DNA of 64,000 nucleotides, from positions 3,286,001-3,350,000 of the forward strand of contig NEEC01000008.1 in the NCBI GenBank assembly GCA_002189035.1, in the 5' to 3' direction. Of this stretch, positions 49,735-60,900 are shown in pieces; position 1 is the stretch's first letter, and every line of letters begins with the position of its first letter. The DNA comes from Utricularia gibba (Eukaryota > Plantae > Magnoliophyta). Both the position numbers and the translations under genes were made by a program. The notes under the pieces were generated by a model, which saw nothing but the letters and a program-made list of their open reading frames with translations, was not told the DNA's origin and did not search any database.

Positions 49735-51789
49735 ATGGCGTCATTGAGGGCTTTCACGCTGAAGCTGAAACACTTGTCTCCGTCTTTGGAATCTGCTTGT
49801 CGGTTTTACTCAAGATCACTCGCTGCGTTTGAAAACACACGATTCAGAGAAAACCCTAGGGTGTCTGAGCAGAATGGTTTTGGAGGTAGTGCTTCCGCAA
49901 TTTATGGTCAGCATTCTGTTGGCTTTTATATGAGTAGAAGGTACTCGAATGGGATACTGGGTTTTTCAGGACTTCAGAATGGGTTTTCGGTTTCTGGGTT
50001 TAATCGTTTCCATAAGCATGATCGCCGATTCTTTTCATCACCCAGTGGAACCAAAGATAGCATAGCCCAGACCGTGAACTCCGTTTCCAGTGCCAGTTCC
50101 GTTGGTGGTGGTGATTGGCCAGAGAAAGTTAAGGAAATTTCAGAATCAATTTTTGGGCATGAGCTTTTTCCTTATACTCAGCGATTGCTAGAATCCCATC
50201 CTTATCTTCGTGATGTGATTGTTCCTTTTGGTGGGACTCTCTTTGGAACTATTTTGGCTTGGTCTTTACTGCCAAGAATCTTTAAAAGGATCCACAGATA
50301 TTCAACTCAAGGAACTGAAGGACTGTTTGCTGGAAGCTCCTTGTGGCGTGCAGTACCTTATGAGAAAAGCTTTTGGGGTGCGCTGGAATCTCCTGTTAGA
50401 TACTTCCTTACAATCATGGCATTCTTAGAACTGTCAGTTGCTCTACGTATTCCTGTTTTCTATAGTTTCTTGAAATGGGTTTTGTAATCTTGGAGATTCT
50501 GATTATGTTGAGCTTGATGCAGTGGGCAGATGATTGCTCCTGCAATTATCGCATCTCAATATGTTGTACATGCTTGGAGAGGTGGCTTAGTTATTGCACT
50601 CGTATGGTTTCTAAATCGATGGAAAGTGAATGTGATATCCCGTGCTGCCGCTGCTAAAAGCATGGACAAAGTTGAGAGAGATAGGTTGTTAGCTTTGGAC
50701 AGAATATCATCTTTAGGGCTATTTGCTTTTGGTTCACTAGTTTGTGCTGAGGCTTCTGGAGTTGCAATTCAATCTATTTTGACAGTGGGAGGCATAGGAG
50801 GTACATATTTTCAATATTTGGCTTTAGTCTTCAGATACTTCCAATGTCATAGCTTTAGGTCAGCTAAACTTCTCTTTTACTGTTCTACAGGGGTGGCTAC
50901 TGCATTTGCGGCCAGGGACATACTTGGGAATCTTTTTAGTGGTTTATCTGTACAAATGTCTCAGCCCTTTTCCATCGGTGACACAATCAAAGTATGTGCT
51001 TTGCTTAGTCTTATCAGTTGGTTTGATACGTATTTTCACTGCTTATTTATCTTTTTCATTCCTCCATATGGAAGCATTCCATTACTGTTCTAGAGTGGCC
51101 AAGTTGCTAAAAAAGGTTTCTCATCAAATCAAATGCATGACATCCGATGAGAAGTATGTGGTTTTTAATCTTATCTCTCATCCTTCTTCCTTCGAATGCA
51201 ATCATCTATGCAGGCTGGATCTGTAGAGGGTCAAGTTATAGAGATGGGCCTTACAACAACATCTCTGCTAACTGCTGAAAAATTCCCGGTCATTGTCCCG
51301 AATTCCTTGTTTTCCAGCCAGGTGTGCTGTATGCTACTTCGCCTTTTTGATCTTCAGACGCCAGTCTCTATTCATTCTTCCATTTTCAGGTCATTGTAAA
51401 CAAGTCACGCGCCAAATGGCGTTTCATCATCAAACAAATCCCTCTCCGAATCGATGATGTTGAAAAGATCCCTCAATTATCAGAAGATATTAAGTCCATG
51501 CTTAAATCAAATTCACATGTATTTCTGGAAAGGGAGCCTCCCTACTGCTTCTTGTCTCAGATTGCGGACTCATACGCAGAACTCACCCTCGGATGCAATC
51601 TCAAAGACATGGTAAGCCTTATACTGTAATTCTTTTGAAGACATCACACTTTCTTTGCTGTAAAACCCTTTCTGATCATGTTCAACTTCGCAGAACAAGG
51701 AAGCCGAGCAGGATATTCTGCTTCAAGCGGTTCGCATCATCAAAAGCCATGGCGTGGAGCTCGGCAAACCACCGGATAATACTTCCTGA
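49735..51789 (+). CDS. MSL1: Mechanosensitive channel of small conductance-like 1 (mitochondrial)
   Basis: Presequence-like N-terminus; LTVGGIGGVATAFAARDILGNLFSG, PFSIGDTIKAGSVEGQVIEMGLTTT, VPNSLFSSQVIVNKSRA. Confidence 0.93.
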
Positions 51790-52867
51790 TGATGGTAACT
51801 AAGCCTTGAGCCTCTCTCTCTCTCTCACTATGACCTTGTTCATAGCGCTATGCTCTCTTGACAATGTGCACCTGAACCAAAGCCCACAGTGCAAAAAACA
51901 TGTTTGATGATATCCCTATGTTCATAGCACCATGCTGTTCGATCTTCTAGTGATAGAAAAACGGTCGCATTCGAAACAGAATTGCTCATTTTAAATTACT
52001 CTTTCTTGAATTGGCCAGGTCAAGGGAACTTGTTGTATAGCAACTTTCTTGAATGCAAATATTTACTTTTTTTTTAGTTTTTTAAATCTATGAAATTAGT
52101 TTGACAGCATAGTACCGTGTCTGAATATGGGCCAGTCCATTCTTAATAGCGCAGGCCCACTGGACCACAACTCCAACCCAAAAGGAAGACACGTGTCATT
52201 CATGGAAAATCGCACCGTTTTCGACCGTTGCATGTTGGCGCAGGATAGCCTGGTAACCCTCTTCTCTAGGCAACTACGCCATGTGCATGGAATTAAATAT
52301 AAAAATTCAGATATAAAAAGGTATCGCTTTTTTTTTTTTAACTGTCTGCAAGGAAAATTAGATTATCAAAAAGGAAGGTGGTTACTATTTATTATTTTAG
52401 TGTGGGATGCCATCTTTTGGAACTTTGGGATGCTATTTATGAAAGAGTTCGAGTGGCTTGCGTTTGTAGTGTTGAATGCATCAACCAATCCTTAGTGGGG
52501 AATTCTGGAATCTGCAGCAGTGAGATAAAGGCGAAGTCTTCTTGTTGCTTTGCCAGCTGAACGCCGACCCTACAGGCTCTCTTCAGGCTTCGTTGTCGAT
52601 TTTTTGTTTCTGTCGTCTTTCTTCCTCATTCACACACTGCAACTGGATAATCTTCAGACAACCCCACTTCAATCTGACCTCCCGGATGCTTCATTCTTCT
52701 ACCCATTTTCCAGGAGGAGCTTTCTGACGTGACTGCCAAGTCTCTGCTCTGAACGTCGTTGTTGTTGTATCCCGGTTGGGTTTTTTATTTGCGTGTTGAT
52801 TCAGAAGGCAACATTTTGCTGTTCATTTTGAGATAGAGGCGTTGATCTAGCGGTGGGCTGAAAAAGG

Positions 52868-54755
52868 ATGACTGTTTTTGATACGGGTTCTCTGGACATT
52901 ACACTGTCCAGGAGGACCTCGATTTTCGGGCTGCATCTGTGGGTGGTTATAGGAATAGTCCTAGGAGCCTTGATTGTGCTTTTTCTGTTCCTTGTTTCGC
53001 TTTGTATCACAGCGCTCCGTCGTTGCGGTGGGTGTAGAGCGAAGCTCCATGGCTCTGCCTCGGAAGCCACTCCAGTTGTTTCCAAGGAAATAAAGGAGAT
53101 TTTGCATGAATCTGCTGCCGATCAACGTCCGGTCCCTCAGGTTTATGTTTGAGTGATTCAATGGATTTGCTTTGGGCTGAGAATAAAGATGGGTTCTAAT
53201 TCAATTCCAAATCCTTTTCAGTCTGTTCCAGAGATTCACGTAGATATCGGGAAGGTGGAGCACAGAGTGGTGTTCTCCGATCGAGGTGCATCGAGTGAGG
53301 AGAGTAGGCTGACAACTAAGACTGCAGATTCCGGCTCCGGCTGTGGCCTTTCCCTGCCGGAGGTCTCTCATTTAGGCTGGGGAAGATGGTACACATTGAG
53401 AGAGCTAGAGATCGCCACCAATGACTTCTCTCACGACAACGTGATTGGTGAAGGCGGATACGGCATTGTCTATTACGGAGTCTTGAATGACACCACACGA
53501 GTTGCTATAAAGAATTTGCTCAACAACAGGTAACATGAACTCGAGTAAGCCACTAAAAGAACTACAATTACCTTGGTTGAATAGAGTGACAGTATGTTCT
53601 ATGGCCAGGGGTCAAGCTGAGAGAGAGTTCAAGGTGGAGGTGGAGGCCATCGGGCGGGCAAGACACAAGAATCTCGTAAGGCTATTGGGATACTGCGCAG
53701 AAGGAGCTCACCGGTAGTTTACCAGTTCTTGCTACATGTATCAACAGTTATCCCATTGTCTGATGCTGATCTTCAAGACTTTTTGCCTTGATGCTCTTAG
53801 AATTCTGGTTTACGAGTACGTTGACAATGGAAATCTGGATCAATGGCTTCATGGAGATGTAGGGGAAATCAGCCCCTTAACTTGGGGCATTCGAGTGAAC
53901 ATCATTCTAGGAACCGCAAGAGGGTATCTGCTAAAACACAAAATGCTTGGCCTAGCAGCTTTCTCTACTCCTGTGTTGATCATTTGTTCATGTTCGTCTG
54001 TTCGGCAGCTTGGATTACCTGCACGAGGGCCTCGAGCCGAAGGTCGTCCATCGAGACGTGAAGTCGAGCAACATACTCCTCAGTCGCCACTGGAACCCCA
54101 AGTTGTCGGATTTCGGGTTGGCTAAGCTCTTGAACTCAGACACATCCTACGTGACAACCAGAGTGATGGGAACCTTCGGGTTGGTTTTCTTCGAGTTCTT
54201 GAAATGGTCACCATTATATTCTAGTGCTCATTTGCTGTTGAACCAGTTACGTTGCGCCTGAATATGCGTCCACCGGAATGCTGAACGAGAAGAGCGACAT
54301 CTACAGCTTCGGGGTACTAATCATGGAGCTCATCACAGGGCGATCTCCGGCCGATTACAGCAGGCCAACTGGAGAGGTGAGTTCAAAGACAGCTTCTCCT
54401 ACTTCCCATTTCCCCATCTCTGATCCCTAAATCCGCGATCTCCCAATGACAGGTCAATCTAGTTGGATGGATGAAGAACATGGTGGGTGAGGGGAAATCT
54501 GAGGAAGTAGTTGACCCAAAGCTGCCTCAGAGGCCGGCCCCAAAAGCTCTGAAACGCTTGATCATGATCGCTCTCCGATGCGTCGATTCAGATGCGAAGA
54601 AGAGACCCAAAATCGGACATGTCATCCAAATGCTGGAATTTGAGGACCTGCTCTCCGTTGATGTTAGTGAATGATCTCTTCCCCCTTCCCCTGCACTTAC
54701 AGTAACCAGTTTCTTGGTGAAAATGCAGGAACTTGGAGCCACTGGAAAAGAGTGA
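52868..54755 (+). CDS. Single-TM receptor-like cytoplasmic Ser/Thr kinase (At1g01540-like)
   Basis: [16 protein letters not shown] segment; [41 protein letters not shown]. Confidence 0.93.
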
Positions 54756-55617
54756 ACTTCACCTTAGCGCGTGTTGGAGAATATATATACATTTTCTATT
54801 AAAAAATAGAAAAAGATATACAGGGATTTTGTAATAGAAAAATTTAAGGCTACCAATTTGTTGCATGTGGGTAGGCAGGATCACCTGTTACCACCCACGC
54901 CATATCCTATCATGTACCAATTTTTGAGTATTTCCACAAATTATTTTTTATTTAAATTAGAATATATCCCAACATAACTTATGATTTTAACATAATTTTT
55001 TTTTTACAATAGATTGAAACGATTTATTAAATCTATTGTAAAAATATTATAAAAATAAAAATAAATGAATTTAAAATAATGAATCTACAAATTTTTGATT
55101 TCAAAATAACAGGCCCAAAGTTTTGGGGCCCAAAACTCTCGCGTATGCATGGGCCCAGGACCAGATTGCAACACGTGAGAGGATCAACGGTCGGATATTT
55201 TTCCACACCCCTGCTACCAATAAGATGACTCCGCGTGTCTATGAGCGGTCGACTGGCCACACCGACATCGAACTTATCGCCATTCTTTTCCAATTGTAAA
55301 ACCTCACAAATGTCAAGCCTATAGGAAAGCTAGTTTGCGTGAACATTTGTGTTATCTCCACTTTCTCTCGCACTTTCCGAAGAACGTTCATCTCTACGAC
55401 TGGTTCCTGTTCGAACCGTTGACCGGCGTATTTGGTGAGATTTGGATGATTTGTGCGTTATTTATTTCTCAGGCTTACGGATCATGACTATGCGCTACCT
55501 TTGCTTCCCGATTTGATTTTTGGCTGCTATGTTTGCCGGTAGTGATTAGGGTTAGACCAGCGGTAGTTGACGCTTTTTCGATTACTGTTTTTCTTCGGAA
55601 TTGGTAAGCAGATGGAA

Positions 55618-56093
55618 GATCTGATGAATTAATTTGGGCTTTCTGGTTCTTTTCGTGATTCTTTTATGCTCAACTGCTGTAATAATCTCCGATCTAACTG
55701 AAGCTTGACTGATGATGTTTATGGATCTGCTGTGCTCCGGATCTGATGATTTTTGTGGATCTGATGAATGAATTTGGTCTTTCTAGTTTTTTTTTCTTGT
55801 TTATTGTATGCTCGAGTAAACTCAGATCTGATAACTGAAGTTTGACTGATGATGTTTATCGATCTGCTTGTGTTCTATATCTGGTCTGTCGGTGCGCTGC
55901 ATAGGATTTTGTTGCGGCGTTTGGTGCTTCCATTTTTGGGGTTACGTATTAGCTTTACATCGATCTTGCAATTTCCATGTGGAATTCAGTGCTTCAATCT
56001 CGATTTGTCTGAGAGTTACACGTTGCTGTGCTCCAGATTCTGCTTCTACTTATGCAGCTGTGCTCCAGATTCTGCTTCTACATATACAGATCT
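55618..56093 (+). repeat. Tandem duplications and GATCTG array in the BPS1 5'UTR intron
   Basis: Diverged ~120-bp units at about 55618-55736 and 55758-55875; perfect 25-bp GCTGTGCTCCAGATTCTGCTTCTAC at 56025-56049 and 56057-56081; GATCTG at about 55618, 55724, 55740, 55758, 55825, 55861 and 56089. Confidence 0.75.
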
Positions 56094-56156
56094 GCATTTG
56101 TGTGCTTCGTTTATTGACTTATCTTTGTTGCTTCAGGTTTGAGTTGAGTTATTAAC

Positions 56157-57155
56157 ATGAGTCGTGCACAAGTACCTCACTGGTCGTTCCTTAAGTCTGG
56201 AAATCCGTTTCATATGTTATCACCCAAGGGCTCGCCACGGTCTAAAAAGCTAGTCTCTTTATTGGATAATTTTGAGGAGACATTGGCAGTGACTCTCAGA
56301 AAGCTCAAGCCCGATAAAAAGGAAGATGTCCTTCGATTGTCATGGATTAGGTTAGCAATGATCTCGCTTTCTAACATTCATTCTGAGGTTATAAATCTGA
56401 TGATGGACCTGGAAATACCTGTCTCTGATTGGGATGAAAAATGGATTGAAGTGTATCTGAACAATAGCGTGAAGCTGCTTGACATATGCAATGCTTTTAC
56501 CTCAGAGATTTCACATCTCAAGCAAGCCCACCTCTTACTTAAATGTGCCTCTCATTGTCTGGATGGTGACTCCCAAAAGAAGTTGCGGGCTTGTTCATAT
56601 CTAGATTCATGGAGGCCTCAGCTTTCTGAAAAGAATCCTCAGCTTGATAGCTGCTCCGCAATCCTAGATGGCCTGGTCCAAATACTTGACCAACCTAAGG
56701 TGAAAAACTCTGCCAAGGGGAAGGTTCTGATGCGTGCTTTGTACGGAGTTAAGGTGTTCACAGTTTCAGTTTGCAGTATTGTTACCGCTGCATTTTCTGG
56801 CTCTAGCAAGAAGCTACTGCACATCCAGGTCTCTGGGACATACTTGTGGGCTGAGGCTTTTGCTGATCTTCAAGCCTTCCTAAGCACGGAAATCCGGAGA
56901 TCACTCTCAGCGGGAAATCCAACTGTAGTTAAAGAGCTAGAAGCTGTCGACGCAGACATAAAGATGATATCCCCTATTCTGAAAGGTGAAACCGACACTG
57001 TCAAAGGCAAAGCATTGCAAGTGTTGGCTTCAGACTTGAGCAAATCTTCAGAGAATCTAACGCAAGAATTGTATCTCCTATCCGAGGAGGTTGACAAGTT
57101 CTTCCGGGTCGTTCTGGCTGGGCGTGATGCTCTGCTTTCTCATCTCAGGGATTAG
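56157..57155 (+). CDS. BPS1: BYPASS1-like (DUF793) protein, intronless CDS
   Basis: GNPFHMLSPK, LLDNFEETLA, DWDEKWIEVYLNNSVKLLDICNAF, KVKNSAKGKVLMRALYGVK, VDKFF..VLAGRDALL. Confidence 0.92.
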   Translation: MSRAQVPHWSFLKSGNPFHMLSPKGSPRSKKLVSLLDNFEETLAVTLRKLKPDKKEDVLRLSWIRLAMISLSNIHSEVINLMMDLEIPVSDWDEKWIEVYLNNSVKLLDICNAFTSEISHLKQAHLLLKCASHCLDGDSQKKLRACSYLDSWRPQLSEKNPQLDSCSAILDGLVQILDQPKVKNSAKGKVLMRALYGVKVFTVSVCSIVTAAFSGSSKKLLHIQVSGTYLWAEAFADLQAFLSTEIRRSLSAGNPTVVKELEAVDADIKMISPILKGETDTVKGKALQVLASDLSKSSENLTQELYLLSEEVDKFFRVVLAGRDALLSHLRD

Positions 57156-57951
57156 GATGTTTTCTCCATCAACGATGTTGCGGCCAGCAAAATGAAAGGA
57201 ATCGCCATTGTAAAGTGAGAAGAGGGAGGGCTTGCACTTGTGAGTGTCTTCGTCTAATTTGTTATCGGGTTTTCATGGTAATGTGGCTGCTAAAGAGATC
57301 TGAGTTCTTGTAATGTGTATGTTAACAGTAGTTGGTCATCTCTCCCCAAACCCACAGGCATGATGTTGAAGTATCACAACGCCATAGCTGACAACCTCGG
57401 TTTCCTACCAGCTTTCAGCGTCCCAGAAACCCGCCGTATCCCAGTCTCACCACATCGTAACTCAAGCAAGGCCAATTAATAGACTAAAACATGTTTCTGC
57501 CAGATCCGGCGTGTGCCTACCTCTGAACCGACATCACGATGGATGGGTTCGGGTTTCGTAAAGCAAAGGAAGCGAATCCCGAGTTCGATATCTCGAGGAA
57601 ATAAACCTGGACTTACAAATGGAACCGATTCGGGTACCAAAAAAATTGTGTACTCTATAGAAATGAATCCTAAGAACTTCCCCCAAGTCCCAAGAGAGAA
57701 GAAAAAAACATAGGAGACGAGGGGCATTCGCCTTATTTACACGTACAACTGCCTCGCTACTGCTATAACCAATGCAACAATGATGAACCAAAAAGTCGTC
57801 TCGGCGAATGCTCCTACCCTGTGAACGCTGCAATACTAAAACATGCGAGACCTCTGTTCGTCTTGCTGATGAGAACAAGTTCATCACATCTGGCTGAGAA
57901 CCCAGAAAACCCCGCCGTTCGGTTCTGTAACCCTTTCGTAAAAACCTCGGA

Positions 57952-60900
57952 TCATGTTTCATCCACTTGGTTTATGGACGATAGCCTTGACTCCAACTCT
58001 TGGAGCAAATCGTTGTACTCTGAGAAAGACTCCTGTGCCTAGTATCACAGTAGCAGTAATTATGCAGTCAAAGAACAGAGCTTTCAGCTCAACAGTTTGT
58101 TGAAAGAAATAACACACACCTGTAAGCTAAGGCGGTAGGCTGTCCACAAGCGTACGTCGTGCCTGAACAAGTCGAAAAGAACCTGAAATGCAATAAACAT
58201 GTGAAATTGAGCTGATCTTTGCAATAAACTGCAAGAATCATGGATTGAAGCTGAGTCGAGCATGAGCCTTCAGCAGATGAACTCATCCAGATGGGGGGAG
58301 GGGATGGTTGAATGCGGAATGTACCTCAGATCGCCTCAGCAGTGTGGCCAAGACCACTATCCACTCTTTAAACTTGACTGAACACATGTGTGCCAATAGG
58401 AACTCGGCATCTAGACGGCTTTGCAAGGTTCCCATTTGAAGCTATGATGTGAAAGAAGATATACTCAACGAAAGAATCAACGTTAAACAGTATCTAGCAG
58501 GACTGCTTATGCCTAAAAACGGTAAATAAGTGAATGACCAGCTTGTTCTAATTTAAAGTACGTCTTGGGCACCATATTTTATGTTTCATATTTTGAATAT
58601 ATGGGAATCATTGTTTCCTGCATCTAGAAGAAACCATAGTCCAAAATCAACTGACATGTACTATGCCACATGAATCTATATATAAAGGTTACCTTCTGCC
58701 TAATCATTTCGAGGCCCGATGAAAAACTTTCCAAACGGGCACTTCCACGTCCTTCTCGTTGAAGATACTCCTGCAATAAAATTCAGTGCACCGCTTAATC
58801 TCCATTAAGCGAAAAAAAAAAAAAAGTTACTAAAAAGAGCAAAACATACCACGAGATCAAATTGTGCTCCTTTTACAAATGCAACAAGCTTTGAAAGCTC
58901 TTTTCCCGACATCAAGTAGCTTGCATGGCTTTCTAAAATATTCTTAACAGAAGCTATATGTGCACTCTGCTCTTTGAAAGATGACCTGCTACACAATTAT
59001 GTTACAATGGATCAGTAGCACTACTAGCAAAGCAAAATAGATGCTTAAACAGGGGAAAACATACCTCTTAGAATCTTGAGGTTGATTCTCAAAACTAGAA
59101 GGCAAGAGGAAATATTCAAAGAACCGAGGAGAATCTCCGTCAGAAACCACACCCGAGGGCTCGTATTCTCTCCCTGACCTTAACAAATACCTCACCTAAT
59201 ACACGGAAGATTTAACAACTAAGCATTTGCCACAAAAATATGAGCCCTGGTATCTAAAAATGAAGATTATGGGTGTACCAGCTCTCCAGCAAGTTCGTAC
59301 AAAGAATCATCGAGCGTAGCCTGGAAAAAAACATGCATTAGTGCCTCTGAAAACAGATATCAATGATGACCGTGATAAATAAAAAAAAAACAGATCCATG
59401 ATCACCTGCAACAAACGCAAGGCACAATATTGACTCACAGCAGAACCCTCGAGTTTATCGATAACCTGAAAACATAAAAAAAGTACCTTGATCAGCATCC
59501 ACAAACATTCATGAACATCATTAGAGATGTGGTACCAAGGAGTAAGCAAGATATGAAACAATTCGATGCTCTAACCAAAGAAAAAGCATGTGTGATTTAT
59601 GAGCAGAACGGAGAAAACAATTAGAAGGGAACTCACAAGAATATAGCAGGCTGCAGTTCGGTACCATCTACGTTGAAAGCACTCCTCAAACAACCTTGAC
59701 ATTGAAGAAAAAAGTGTATATTCAATTGCTATTAGAAAATCTAATAAAAAAGTATGCTATCTAGATTATATTACAGAAAGAGAAAAAACTGTATCTGGGA
59801 TGCCATCTTATGAACTACTTGCACTCTAACAATGTAATCATTTAACTCTAAAATGAGTATTGTTGGTAGAATATAGCTATAACTGAGATCTGCAGAAATA
59901 TTTGGGTAAGCAGAAAAGCCTAGTTTCATACTCAGTGGACCTCCCAGATGCAGAAAACAAATCTCCCCAATGCCGACCATCAGTTTTTCTTGCTACACTA
60001 ACGACAACATCATAATATTCAGGAAAATTTCTGATGAGATCACATGTCTTCCCCAGGAGAGAAGAAGTATGATTGGAAACTGTGTCCAGGCTTTTCCCTG
60101 TGGTATGCCTGAAAAAAATGGTAGAAATATGAAGCCTTATTGACAAAGGCTTTAGTGAGATGAAAAAAATATATACATCAACAGAAGCTTGAAAGCAGAG
60201 TCGTTAAAATTTAATTAGGTACCTAAAGAACAACTCAATGTGCCAAAACAGTAGAATAGAGAAAAAGAACGTGATGAATCAAAATTTTTAAACACTAAAA
60301 AAGATTTCTCAAATTGAATAGAGCTCAGTTCAAAATTTCAGTTGAACAGGCTCTCTTCCACATTCAATTTAGCTAGTCACTCAATATGTAAAATCGTTTG
60401 AAAACAATCACCTGGAAACTTCTGCTTCAAAAACAGTAAAAAGAAGCCATTCCAAACAATGAGAAAAGTGTGGCTTCTCAGCAGAAAGCTGTGCCAAGCG
60501 GAGAGCCTGATCCCTCTTGTCCCTCTGAAATCCATAAAAAAAGGTCAAATCCGAGTATAATAGGAAATAGCATATTTTTCATCTTTTCCATGCAAGTACC
60601 AAACAAAAAAAACAATGCTGATCAGACTCATGTTCTCTGTAAATAATATGGTTGAACGACACATCCACCAAAAAGGGTGCAGCAAGGAAGCAAGCATGGC
60701 AGGCACATGGTTTTTACTTCTACGGTCTAATAAATAAGATTAGTCTTGACTGTCAAAATAAAATCATTAACCTGAAGGAGATGCCTCAACAGGCAATGCA
60801 ATATGGTTTGTGCTTGAGGAGCTGTTTCATAACAGGGAAACTCTGTACATGAAGAAGAAGATACTCTCTGGGAAACCCCAACAACCACACCCGCGTTGGG

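Noticed and set aside
49735-51789. MSL1 as a trap mechanosensor
   Set aside because: It is the mitochondrial MSL1 type; the carnivory-linked channel (FLYC1) is MSL10-like.
55618-55845. Box C/D snoRNA pair (TGATGA...CTGA) in the BPS1 intron
   Set aside because: C boxes lack the leading purine, putative guides differ between copies, and I recognised no rRNA complement; better explained by GATCTG-rich duplication. A snoscan run would settle it.
57780-57869. ATGATGA...CTGA 90-nt snoRNA-like span
   Set aside because: Weak terminal stem and only about 7-nt rRNA-like complementarity; lies in probable 3'UTR.
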